A stretch of 63,999 nucleotides of DNA, the filler included, from Sphacelaria rigidula (Eukaryota), in NCBI GenBank assembly GCA_964200075.2. It is 3 parts of 3 records of this genome, joined end to end, with 100 filler letters (N's around TTAATTAATTAA, not from the genome) between each part and the next. Parts side by side here need not be neighbours in the genome. Positions count along the whole stretch, not along the records: positions 21,868 to 43,627 come from CAXNAA020000388.1; positions 43,728 to 63,999 come from CAXNAA020000547.1; 1 more part is not named here. One strand, written 5' to 3'. Every line of letters begins with the position of its first letter. Position 1 is the first letter of the stretch. The translations under genes were made by a program, and so were the position numbers. The notes beneath the pieces are model-generated. The model saw only the letters and a program-made list of their open reading frames with translations, made no database searches and was not told the DNA's origin. Positions 37,633-50,000 of this stretch are shown here, piece after piece.

Positions 37633-39262
37633 TTGACCTGTGCCCTGGCGGCCGCGCGCAAGGTGAGCACGGCGCCTCAACGCGCAGAGAGGACCGAAAA
37701 AAAACTCGAGGCGGTCACCGGAGAACTGAACGCGACCACCGGAAAGCTCAAGGCGGCCAACGAAGACGGCGACGCAAGCCGGGCTGCGTTTTCCTCAGCG
37801 GAGCTGTCCCTTACACTGGCCGAAAAAAAAAGCGCCGAGGATGCACAAGATTTAAAATTCGCGCAGGCGGTCGCGCGTGTTTCCCAAGCTGTATTGTTGG
37901 CAGAAAAGAAACAGGGGCACGTGTCAGATGCAGCGTGGTTGGCAGAAAAACGTGACAGACAGGCGGCGGAAGCGGCCTTGCTCGCAGAGAGACAGCGAAG
38001 GCACGCGGCAGAAGCGGCGATGTCAGCAGAGAGCGAGCGTCGTCGTCTGATGGAGGCGAAGGCCGCTGCGACTAGAAAGGAGTTGGTGTTGGCGTTGCAG
38101 AATAAGGTGGTTGTGCTCGAGAAGAAAAAGGCAGAAATTGTTGAGGGGATGGGCCTGAGAGCACCTCCACCGGGAAAATTGGACGTTTCGGATCACTCTC
38201 TTCACGGTCAGGTTTTACTGTAGCAGATGAAGATACGTTCGCTGGAGAGGAACATAAGGGTCGCACGAGAGTGGCCGAAGAGGCAGAGGGATGCCAAGAG
38301 GAATTATCAAAAACAGGTGAGCCATGAGAACTACCACAGGGACACGAGGGCAGTAGAAGAGGGAGTCGGCTAGTGCTTGTTTGTAGTGGCAGTATCTTTC
38401 TTATTACTGACTGTACCTGCTGGGTGTTGTGTTATCGTTCATCGTTCTTATACTGGACCTATATGTGTCATCACACACTGTTGCCGTTTACGCTGCACCA
38501 GGCGGACCGTTGCAAATCGAAGATCATGCGGGCACAGCGCTCTAGCGAAGAAGAAGAAGCTCATCAACCTGTGCCGCTTCCGCCGCCCACCGGAGGGCAT
38601 GCAACACGCTCTGAGGAGGAGGAGCGTCTGGTGCAAGAGATAGTTCTCCGCCAGCTAAAACCGAATGGGACATACGGTAAAAACTGCGCTCGAATGTGCC
38701 AAGATTTGATGCAAAAGGGAGTATCGTTGAAATCGGCTGGGCCCTTGGTACAAAGTGTCGTGCACCGCTGCGTCGGCGTCGACTGGAGAAGTTCGGCATC
38801 ACTCTCGACAAGAATACCGTCAAGCTACTGGCCCTCGGCATTTCCGAGCTGGACGCCTCAGAGCTCCGGGCCGCTGTTGGCAGGGCCTCCTTTTTGGTGA
38901 TCGCGGCAGATGAATCTTTGCGGAACGGAGACAAAAAGTATCCTATATTTGTGTCGTTCTGGCATGACGAGAGCGATTCACCATAGTGGGATCTGTTTCG
39001 TGTGTGTAATATGAAGGACAAGACGGCTGAGACTCAGGCCAGCCTGTTGTACGACACCATCGTCGAAGACCTGAAGTACCCGCGCAACCAGATACTCTTC
39101 GTCCTCAGCGACAACACGGCATGCGTGTCAGCTGGAGTGTGGGGGGGTGGTGCTCTACTCCAACGGAAATTGCGGGGTGAGGACACTACACAGAGAACGA
39201 CCACGACAGGGAAAAGGAGAAAGAAAAAGACAGCAGCGTGTCAAGCGCGCAGAGATGCTTGA
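37633..39262 (+). mobile_element. hAT-like transposase, N-terminal half (coiled coil, then the first two catalytic Asp), frameshifted and with a stop
   Basis: FLVIAADESL...KYPIFVSFW*...KTAETQA..YDTI...FVLSDNTACVS. Confidence 0.65.
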
Positions 39263-41389
39263 GAAACACAGCAACGGAGGAAATAAGCATGGCGGTCCGG
39301 AGTGGAAAAACGGAGGGGAGATAGAGCGTAACTCGGAGGGGGGCGGGGTGGGGGGAGGGGGGGGGGGGTTAGGGCGCAGAGACGATTGCGTGGTGAAGGT
39401 TGGTGGTCTTCGTATATCGTGTGCTCTTCATGTTTGAATTTGATGTTGCCCCGTGCGTTTCGAACTTTGTCGCCGACGTGTTTTTTCTGTAGCATAATTG
39501 CCGTTTGCTCATGATTTCGGCGTCACCGCCTGCTGTACACGACGGACTTTGGTTGCATCATGCGCCGTCAAGTGATCCTGTGTTCAGTGCGGATGTGTTC
39601 AGAGAGCAAAATCGCCTTCCAGTAGGAAATATACTTTGTATCTTGATTTGAAGGAGGTGACTTGAGGAATGTAGGTCGGCTGTTTGATGTCAGAGTGTTG
39701 GGTCCAGCGATTGAGCTAAGCCGGTGACCCCAACTTTTTTTGTCGTCGGTGAAGTGCCTTTCACGTTTGGGAGACAGCGATGATGTTCCCCGTCACTGAC
39801 TGTGCATACTAATAACAAGATATGAACACTGCAACGGGCAAGTTTCGTTTTGAAGTGTGCGTTTTTTCAGTCCTGCCGTGTGCTCCTCATTTCTGCTATG
39901 CGCCTGTGCATGAGGGACAATTTGTTATCTTAACATGGCGTACAACAAACCGCACCATCTCCCGTAATCAAAATCGTCTGTTTCGTGTCAACGCTGTCCA
40001 GCGCACAAGCCAAGGCGTCGCGCGCGGTCTTTTCTATGTTCGATGTCCTGCCTTGACCTCACCGAAGATAGCCACGACTCGTAATGGCGTCTGTGCACCT
40101 ACGAAAATTTGGAAAATGTCACATTTTCGAAGTTCACGAGGCTTTGTAACGAAGCGCATGCTTTTTGTTAGCGGCAACCGATTTGGGATAGTGGTTTGCC
40201 CCGTCACGCGCACGTGCTGGTTTCCTCAGCGCGGCTGTGCAAAACAGATTCGCATCACAACAGCGAGCATTCTGCACCTCTCGAATTGCAATGGGCGAGG
40301 TCACACATCAAAGTCGCCAAGCGCAGATCGTCGGTGTACTGCGATTCACTGATAACAGCGAAGCTGTCTACTACTGCTGCGACTGCCACTCCCGCCTGTG
40401 TATATTGAGAACAATACGTAAACACCGTGTTTTGTAATTTGCAGTTTCGATCGAACCGCAGCATTCGATTAGTGATGGCATTTGTCTTAGTTGGGCGCCG
40501 GGACGTGCTGCGTCATTGTGTGCGCCTGTCCTGAAAGCGCAAATCCTCCTCTCAACACCGTGTACCCTCCGTTCCTCTACTTGAAACCCGCGACTCCAAG
40601 TATGAAATGCAGCTGTTTTGCGGCATATCGTTCGAGGACATAACTCAAGGTATGTACAGGCAGTGTTTCAAACGTTGGTGGACGCTGCTGTTGCTGTGGC
40701 TGTCACCGACCCGGTCGGCTGATGCTGTTATGTGACTGCCAGTATATAGTGACAAGCAAAAATGAGCGTTGTCATTTGCGATAGCATGCGCTTTGCAGCA
40801 CTCGTTCTTTGTCAGTGTAGTGTTGAGCAGATGGGTGAGGGCCTTGATTACGCAGAGCTCATTTTTGTGCTACTTTACTGTCCGGCGTGACACAACGGGC
40901 GACGCGACGGTGCAACACTGATAGCTTCAAATGAGTAGTGTCTTGTGCCGCAGAGGTGGAGGGTGGAGTTTGCGGTCGACAGTTTTCTGTCACAAGTCGA
41001 GCACAAAAAAATCGATGCCACTTTTATTGAACTGACTGAGCGGTCACGGCTGTGAGGTTTGCCACGACTGCCTGTAGATACTGAACACAATATATCCCAG
41101 AGCACCAAAAATTTTTTTTCGTCGCTGTGTAATAAACGGCCTGACAAACATACCCACCGAAAAGGGGGGGGATAAATCAACGACGGCGGCAACTCGACCC
41201 GACAGGAGCACTCGCGACACTCATGACAACAACACCTTCCATTGTATAATATAAACTCTTGCATAATATAACCTCCCGTGTCCCCCTTCCCCCAGATTAC
41301 GTAACCACAATCTCACATGCTATTACATCTCCCCCCCAAGCCCGATGGCCTTTCAGCTACAACAACGACGCACTTGGTTTCCTGAGATT

Positions 41390-43139
41390 TTACACAGACT
41401 TCGAGACGGTCTGGGGGTCAAGGGGCCGTTTGCGTTGTGATCGCGCTAACGGCACCATTAATTCCCCCTCTTTCTTGGCAGCCTTCACATTATCTAGCGC
41501 AGCTCTCCCAGCCTCGCGGATCTTTTCGGGCTGGGCGTGAGGGTTCGATATGTGTGTCGACCCGGCAAACTTGTACTGGCCCGTTCGAACACGATCCATT
41601 TCTGCAGAATCTTTGAAAAAATGATTCCACAAGCTGCTGATGTACGGGCGCTATGTAGATTCGCACACACACTTCTCGGTACAGCAACGGGAACTCTGTC
41701 AGGGTGGGGAACCTCGAAACACCCTTGGCGGCATGCTCGCCACGCTCAACTCGACCCTCTGCGGAGGACGCGTACTCGCAAAGCTCATGCCTCAACTTCT
41801 CATTCCCGTCGAAAGCAGAGAACAGGCCAAGGGTCAACGCGTCCTTTTCTTTCACCGAGTTGGCGCTCGCAAGGTCTCTCTTGAGAATCCTCCAACACCT
41901 CCGTTGATATGACGTCCGCGAGTCGTGTACAAACTGTTCAGGCCACAACACAGAAACAAAGGCTCTAGCAAACTCAGCCCCTACCGCATGTTCATATGAC
42001 TTCTCACAGCCCGCCCACGGTCCAATATGGAAACTTGGGCAGCCCAACCGCGACACGCTCAGCGGCAAATGCTGATGGCGAGCCATCCACTTTTCCCTTC
42101 TCCCAGTGACGATGGCGAAGAACCCTCCGTCTCCAAAGTTTTGCCTGAACATCGCCTCCTGCAAAAAGGCACGAAAATATCGTTGACCACCGCTGAACAG
42201 AGCACGCTAAACATCTACAACAATAATGATGGACAGCACAATGTTCGATCACGCAAATGTTTTTATAAGACAGGGCGCGACATCAACACTCACCCCCACG
42301 TCGCCGAGATGCTTCGCGAATGCCAGCTCCTCCTTGAAGTAGAGGTCAGGATTCTTCTGCAGCTCCTTCATCCGCCGCCAGAGTTCCAGGGAGAAGTCGG
42401 CAACCTCCGCCAAACGCATCCCAGGATGTAGCTGCTCCATTACATTACCGCGTTGCAGGAAGAAACCACCTTTTCCCCCCGCGGCCAGTTAAAAGCCCAA
42501 TTCAGGATTTTGTCTCCCAGAGCCTTGGCGAACTTCGCCTGCAGTCTGAACGAAGGATCGCTCATCATAAAGGCCCCTTGCACCCTATACTGTTGAAACG
42601 GGCTACTAAGTAGGCATAACGGAGCCCACATCGTGAATAGCCACTCAACCTCGTTCCAGCGCTCGTCGAGGAGCTTGGCCCCCTCCCATATGACCATCCA
42701 TCTGGTTTCTGCAGGCCGTGCGAATTTCGTTTTCCACGATGTTTCAAATTCGTCCGTAACGAGATTTTTTAATTGGGCGAAGTTTGCCGTGCAAGAGCCT
42801 GATCTCGACACCGTGTACCATATCGTGCCCAGCAGGGCCACAAGATGGAATTTGTCCCACTCGTGCTACGACCCTGAGCCCATGGCGCCCATGAAGTAAT
42901 TGCTTTCTAAGCCCGCAGTTATAGAGGTGCAGGGTGTGCAATATGCAGCCCAGCCGCACAGCGTGTATCACTTGATCTTCGTCAACGCCATCTGCATCGG
43001 TTTCACTTGTTCGGCGATTGTTGACACTCGTGCTCATGGTCTGAGTATTGAATGTTTTGTGCTGCTTCGTGTCTTCCGGCAAATGTCGGTCAAAGGGTTC
43101 ACTACGGTTGGTGTTATGGATGACGCCCGCAACTGCCAC
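41390..43139 (-). mobile_element. hAT-like transposase, C-terminal half, frameshifted, opposite orientation
   Basis: RLGCILHTLHL (CxxH), PAETRW (RW), APVHQQLVESFF (final Glu) in the expected hAT order. Confidence 0.65.
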
Positions 43140-43487
43140 TCTTACTGTTGTTCTTGACTGCTGATGTAGAGAAGGGCGGCCAATGAGCGATGGAACGTAG
43201 TGGGCGTGGGCTTCTCAAGTGCAACAGCCACACGATACTAGCACAACCAGATCAGTGCAATCGCCGGAGCAACAGTATTTCCGCGACACCGACCACTCGC
43301 GGGCTTGTAAATATGTACTGAAGTTAGAGTACATTTCAGATGAGCGAGGTCATTATTTGGAGATGACGTGCGTATTTGTGATTGATACGATTGGCTCGAT
43401 TATGGGTCATTTTTTCTGCAGTGGATAGTGGTCGGTCCATTTTCCAGGTATATAGTGCCCAAAATCGGGCCCCATTCACCCCCATAA

Positions 43488-43627
43488 GAGTAGTGGGCAG
43501 TGTAACTATTTAGGGGTGTTTTGGGGTTTTCCTCGCGTACTACTCTTCGATAGAACTCGAAATTGCTAGCGTCGGTAGATTTTGGGACAACAAAGCAGAT
43601 CAACCTCGAAAAACAGTGCCCAAGTCA
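43488..43627 (+). mobile_element. Partial copy of the Tc1/mariner-type MITE (same family as 55318-55868), cut by the gap
   Basis: Near-identical to 55318-55457. Confidence 0.8.
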
Positions 43628-43727
43628 NNNNNNNNNNNNNNNNNNNNNNNNNNNNNNNNNNNNNNNNNNNNTTAATTAATTAANNNNNNNNNNNNNNNNN
43701 NNNNNNNNNNNNNNNNNNNNNNNNNNN
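43628..43727. other. Artificial scaffold spacer N44-TTAATTAATTAA-N44
   Basis: Same as 21768-21867. Confidence 0.97.
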
Positions 43728-44010
43728 CGAGACGGAGCAAAGGGGGGGGGGGGGATGAAACGCAACCATGTCCCTCGCCACGGCAACATAACCTACCGCA
43801 GAGCGCAACGTTCTCATGCTTATCCCTCGGGGGCAACACCACACATGCTCAATAGCGACCTCACTGGGTGCCATGCGTGTAACTATCCAGATGCGCTCAT
43901 CCAGCTCTTTCCTCCTCTTTTGCTTGTCCGTTCTCCCACCAGAATTTCGGAGAATGATTCCGACAATAAGGAGTCACCTCTCCTGCTCTTTTTTTTTCTC
44001 CTGCTCTTTT

Positions 44011-47000
44011 TCACATCATCCCAGCTAGACTCCTAAGCTCGTCGGCGTTCTTAGTGGCGAAGTCCCTGTTTGGCAGAGGAAAAAGACAAAATGAAAAAAG
44101 GGACAGCAACGCACCAAAGTACTTGAGGCCAATGATTGAGCGTAGGACGAAAAGAATGCCACCGGGTGTGGAAACGGCTTTCACCCGTACTATCCTTTGC
44201 GCGAAATACATGCTTGAGACATTGCTTGGGTGCCAAGTGATGAATTACGGCCATACGGAGTGAGTGACCTGTACCACCGAATCGCACTTCACGAGGGGAA
44301 TCACAAGATCGCAACAAAATGCCTGCTAGTGATGGCCGCGATAGCCCTCTCCCCTCCCCCTCCCCAAACAAGCCCCGAAACTGCCGGGAAGAAAACGGCC
44401 AAACAGCGCATGAATGTTGGTTCCAGGCTGCACGGAGCGCCTCAAATGGACGACACTGGCGGAAACAATCCCAATGGTGGGAGTTCCCAGCTTCTCGATT
44501 TGCTGGGCTTTTGTCATTTTGATTTACATCTAGGTTTTGCCACCTCAAACGAGCCACACTTTGAGTGAGGGCTCTTGCGTCTTCACTAATGTGTATCAGG
44601 ATGAAGAGAACCATACGTCTGTTGCAACAGGCGCAATAGTCGATACTGTACGCAGTACACTTTTTGACAGTGTATTCTATTGCCATTATCCAGGGTGTGC
44701 AGAGAACACAAATAGTCGAACAACACCAACCAAACGATTGGAATGCTGGTTGACCCTGCTCGAGCACTCATGTCAACGGCTCTGAGTATATCGGGGGCTG
44801 ACTAACCCCACCTGCCGAAAACGTCTATACTAAAGAACGACACATTCACTGTCTTCCGTGTAGATGGATGCCAAATGGGACTCGGGGGGCTGACAGAAAC
44901 TCTGTATCTACCCATAACAAATAGACTTAGCCGACACTAGAATTCGTTGCGGGACTCTTCAGGTGCGGTGTAATGATCAGTGCTCTCGCCTGAGCATTCC
45001 CTCAACTTAATGCGCGGCCACAGACACAGCGGGGTGCATGCAGGTGACCTATAGGGAAACGTCAGAGCATAAGGTGGACCTCTCTGTCAAGTACGGTGGT
45101 GGCCTCCCTCATTTACATCACTAAACTTCATCCAGAGGCTGTCCCTACCCTTGAGCATATTGACGACGAAACGGAGGCGTCCCCAGTAAAGGAAGATATT
45201 TTATGCAGGGACACCTTACATATTTAGATGCACCGACTGTACATGCCTGACCGCAGGAATCGCTTCTACGGCAAACATTCTTCATGGTTTCACGACCAGC
45301 CAATGTCTTCCTATTCTTACACACGGGGAATTGCGACACGCGCCATGTGCACGGCGACGGCCGTTTCACAGCCCCGCATCCCTGTATCTCGTCATATGCG
45401 TCGACTCCACCGTAAAACGCCTACATTCCGATCCTCCCTCCGCCCTGCCTCCCCGGTGCTCATCCAACTGACGTCCATCTACCGACCTACGAGCTTACCC
45501 GGCCAAGCACTGACCGAACATGCGGCAACACAGAACATAATACGCCAAACAGCAATAAAACAGAAAAAAATCCTTGAAATTGAGCGTAAGCCCAGCAGCA
45601 CGATAAAAAAAAAAGCACACTGGATGGCGCACCTGGGCAGCACCATCTCCGACATAACCTTATCCCGAAGTCTCTGAGCGGCGTGTCCTTCCATGCTGAA
45701 CACGGCCATTCGGAGCCTGCGAAGGTAGTCCTTACCGATATCTTTACCCTGGGGTGGAGTGTCGACGCGCAATTGTTCGAGAGCGTGAGAAGTGAGTAGT
45801 TGAGCTTACTCTCCGTTTCCTACCGTGTTCATAAACATCTACTCGTGACCCTCCCGATGAACTCACACCTATGTCAACATCCCGGCAGACAGACATGCAC
45901 ACCACGCCCCTCTTCTCTGCCACCCGCGTGCGGCGAAACACAGACCGCCGCACGCACCTTTAATTTTCTCTGTTGAACACCACAGCCAACGGTCAATACA
46001 ACCAACACAGCCCGCAGGGCCAGACACTTACATACACAGTCGAAACAGTTGATCCGACAAACGACGCCAATAATACACTTACGGTACCCACACCATGCCC
46101 CCGCTTGCCTCACCTGGCTGTCGTAAAGCTCCTTCTCGATGGCGGTGCAACGTTCTACGGCCGCAGTCGCAGACCCCAAAACGGTCGTCAACATCCCAAG
46201 AGCCCTGCGGCGCGGCTGCAAGGTTGAAACCGGCACAGTAGAGGAGAGAAGAAAAAAAAATGGGCGAGATAGGGGTTGGTTGGATGGAATAAGAGGGGTG
46301 TACGGGCATGACGCTGTCGGGCGACCCGTTATCACGGGATGTGTATTGTATGATGAAACTAAATACGTATCATCAGCATCCATAGCAGTGGAATAAAGGA
46401 CAAGGTACTCCCGCCCCACCCACGGATCCGGTTCGCCCCCTTTCTCTTTTTTGGTTGAATATCAAAAGGGGGGTGTGACGCCGTCATGAAGGTTTACCGG
46501 CTCCTTTGCTGATGAGAGAATTTGATTCTTCCCGAGGCCATGTCGGCATATGACGTGGGCTACTGTTCACGGCCTTGGTATCGTAGCATCGACGTAAAAC
46601 ACCCCCCCAAAATGTTGTCGGGAGCGAAACGGGTGTCGAAGCTATACGTGACAGCTTTCTCAAATCTCGATGGACTCGGCCGCTGTTTTCACAAAAAGTT
46701 GAGCAAAAACGAAGGAGCATGCACTTCTTTAAAAAACTTGGGTGCAAAGTCACTTGTTGCCAAAACACGTGTCCTGGACAAGCTACGAGCTCCTCCCCCC
46801 CCTCCCCCTCATTCCACCTCTCACCTCCTCCAACACAACCGCAGGTGGCTTCTCCACCACGACACCACTGTCCTTCTTTCCCCCTCCCGTTCCTGCCGCC
46901 TCCTCATCGGGGCCGCTCCCGGACCCCGTCCGCCCCTTGCGAGACCCCCCTCCCCCTGCCCCGACACTCTGAGGCTCGTCCTCGGTCCTTCCGCCTCCGC

Positions 47001-50000
47001 CGTACCGACCTCCCACGTCCTCTCGGCTCTTACGGTCTCGTCCCCCACTTCTAGCACCACCACTCCCGCCGCCACCCCCCATCGACGCCCTGGGAGGTCG
47101 AGGGCTATCCCGCCCGCTCCCTGTCTTGGACGAACTATTATCGGACTTTACTTTGGCGGAAGACGATGCGGCGGCTGTTGCTTCGGAGACCGTTCGAGAG
47201 GAGACCGAGGACCCTTCCCCGCCGCCGCCGGTGGGAGTAGCGGGAGCGGACGAGCCGCCCATTGTCGCCGAGGAAGAAGCCGAAGGCGTGGCCGATGCCC
47301 CCTTGTTACCGATGGCCTCTATCCAGCGGCTGCGGAGAGCGGAGGCGGCGCTCGCCAAATCTGCGTCGTTGTGAGAAACTTTTGATCCGCCGCTGTAGTA
47401 TTTGCGCACGGATGACACTGCCTTGCCACAGCCCGACTGTCGCAGCAGCTCCTCTGAAGGCTCCAGTTCCCCCAGCTGCACACGATGACATACATGAAGT
47501 TGGGGTGTTCAGCGCCGGTGACGGCAGCGTTGTGTGTGAGGGAACGACTTGTAACTTAAAAGTGTGCGTTGGTGAGTGCGAAATTCACGCGTGCGTTGTT
47601 CAGAGTGGGTGCGAAGTGGGCTGCAGAATCAAACAAGAGCCACCTTGGTGCCGCCGAAGCGAAATGAAGGCGCGCACAGCCAAAACATGCAAAGATTGGA
47701 GCATGAATTACTCCATTTCTCACGGATGAAGAAAGGTTGTATACATCGAGTCAGAAGCCATTGTCTCCCCATCCTTCACCCTCGTTTCTGCTGTTTAGTC
47801 TGGTATTTGTTTCTTAACGTTGATTGGTGGGCTATGGTTTCAGCAGCGCAACTATTACACGAGCCCGCTTGCCCGTGCATGGATATCTTGCTTACCCGTC
47901 GCAAGGCCTCGAGCACGTCCTCCTTGTTGAACCGAGACTCCGCGCTAGCCTTCACAAGCCTTTGGGTTAGCTTACGCGCGGTCTGAACGCGTCCTTCTAT
48001 TCCACCCGCAACCGCTGCTGCTCCTCCCCCTCCCCCGCCGGCAACTGACGGTGGCGGTGCCTTCACCGATGCCGCCGCCTTGCTAGATTCTGCGGGCTTA
48101 TTTTTGACATCCTTGGTCGTGGCTGCAGCGGCGGCCGTGGCGGTAGTGGGCTGCTGCTCTTCTTGCATACGCGCGCGTGCTTGCTTCCATACAGGCTCTG
48201 ACGAGCTCTTCATCTGCGACGTGAGTGGGGGGGGTCGAACGGACTGGTGACGCAAAAGGATGCACATTAAGGCACGGCTTCTGATTTGACCAGTGCTGCA
48301 GAAGCAGCGGAGTATTTCGCAGGCGTGTTGAAGGGGTCAACCTGACGAGAGGCGGGGGCGGGTGCAGAACATTTTACTAGCCCTAGTCCAGTCCCTTGCA
48401 GTGCCCCGTAACAACAAACACACAATGCGAAGAAACAGCACTCTAACCGAACAACAGTCGTCACGAAAGACAAGGCAACTCAGCGAAGGCAACGGAACGA
48501 AATAAAACGACCCCCAACAACGACGATCAACAACACAATTTCTGCCAACACACCTGATACACAATACACACAGAGGGAGAAAAACAAACCTCGGATAACC
48601 GTTGCTTCCGATCATCCTCCTCCCTTTGCTTCTCCTCCCGCTTCCCCGCTTTCGGCTTCTTCTCTTTTCCTTGCCCTTCCGCCTTCTCCTTGTCTCGGGC
48701 TCGCTTAGCACCGCCACCGCCGCCTCCACCTCCCACCCCATTCTTCCCAGCTGTGCCGGCAGCACGGCCCTCCTCCTTGCTTGTAATCCACGCTTCATCC
48801 CTCCCGATTTCCAGCGGAGGCAGAGTGGCCACGTAGGCCTTGATGGACGCCATTGCTCTCGCCTTAGCCTCTCCGGGAGCCATAGGCCTAGTCTCCTCTT
48901 GTACGCCGCCGCCACTGTCGCTGCCACTGTCCTCAGCTCGCGCGGCAACAGAGGAAGACGAGGACACACGCGATCGCTTGCTGGGCTTCTTTTCCTCACC
49001 GCCGCTCTCCGCGTTGCTGTCGTCATTATTATTTGACGTGGATGACGCCTTACCGCCGCGGCCGCGGCCGCGGCCCCGACCACTACCGGAGCTGGCGCGG
49101 CGGCCGCGAGGGCGGCCTCTCTTCCGACCACCGCCTTTCTTCTCTTTTGCAAAGCTGTCTTCTAGCATTTTGTCGTCCTAAATGAAATGCGGCATGTCGA
49201 AGCCGAAGGAAACGGCATCAGGATTCGAGGACAAAATACCAGGCGCGAGGGGTAGATATCGGGTGGGTAACAGTTACGTTTATTCTTACGTGAGTTCTCG
49301 AGAGACGCATGTGCTTGCCTTCTTCGGAGCGTCGACAAAGCATCCCAGCTCAATCGGAACGTCAAGAAAAAAGTGTATGGGGGCCCTGCTTCACACCCCT
49401 GCAAACGACCACACCTACGCACCCATGTTGAGCGATGACACCACATAAGCAACATCCTCCGCCCCGCACTGTCTCCCTTTTTTCAACTCAACCTACCTCA
49501 TCATCCACATCATCCGGATCCGCATCCGCAACATATTCCTCTTCATCATCGTCATCACCGTCCCCGCCCCCATCATCCTCGCTCTCCTCCTCGCTTTCCT
49601 CGGCCGCTTCCCCCCCCGCCCTTCCCTCTGTGTCCCCCTCCCCCACTCCCCCTCCGCCCCCCAACTCCTCATCTTCCATCGCATCCTCCTTACTCTCTTC
49701 CACTGCAGGTAGCTCTAGCTCGTACTCCGCTCCCGATGACGGAGCAGAAGGTGCGTCTTGCTCCAGCTCTTTGACGGGAGCCTTGCGTGGCCTACCGCGG
49801 CCCCTTTTTTGAGACGGCGCGTTGGACGCCCCGGCGCCACTGGCAGTTGATGATGATGGGGATGCCGCCGAGGATGCGGCCGCCGTGGGGGATTTTTGCT
49901 TGGACGGCGTTTTTGCCGGCTTCTTCTTTTCCTTCGTGCTCGCCCCAAAACGGCCGACTTGGCGCATTTCTGCCAGCCGCTCGGACCTGTACGAGTTTTT

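Noticed and set aside
46522-47385. 287-aa Pro-rich plus-strand ORF
   Set aside because: Antisense to a GC-rich low-complexity exon of the PWWP gene.
44011-47475. Canonical TFIIS (TCEA) gene
   Set aside because: No Zn ribbon or acidic hairpin found, and the exons are in frame with the upstream PWWP exons.
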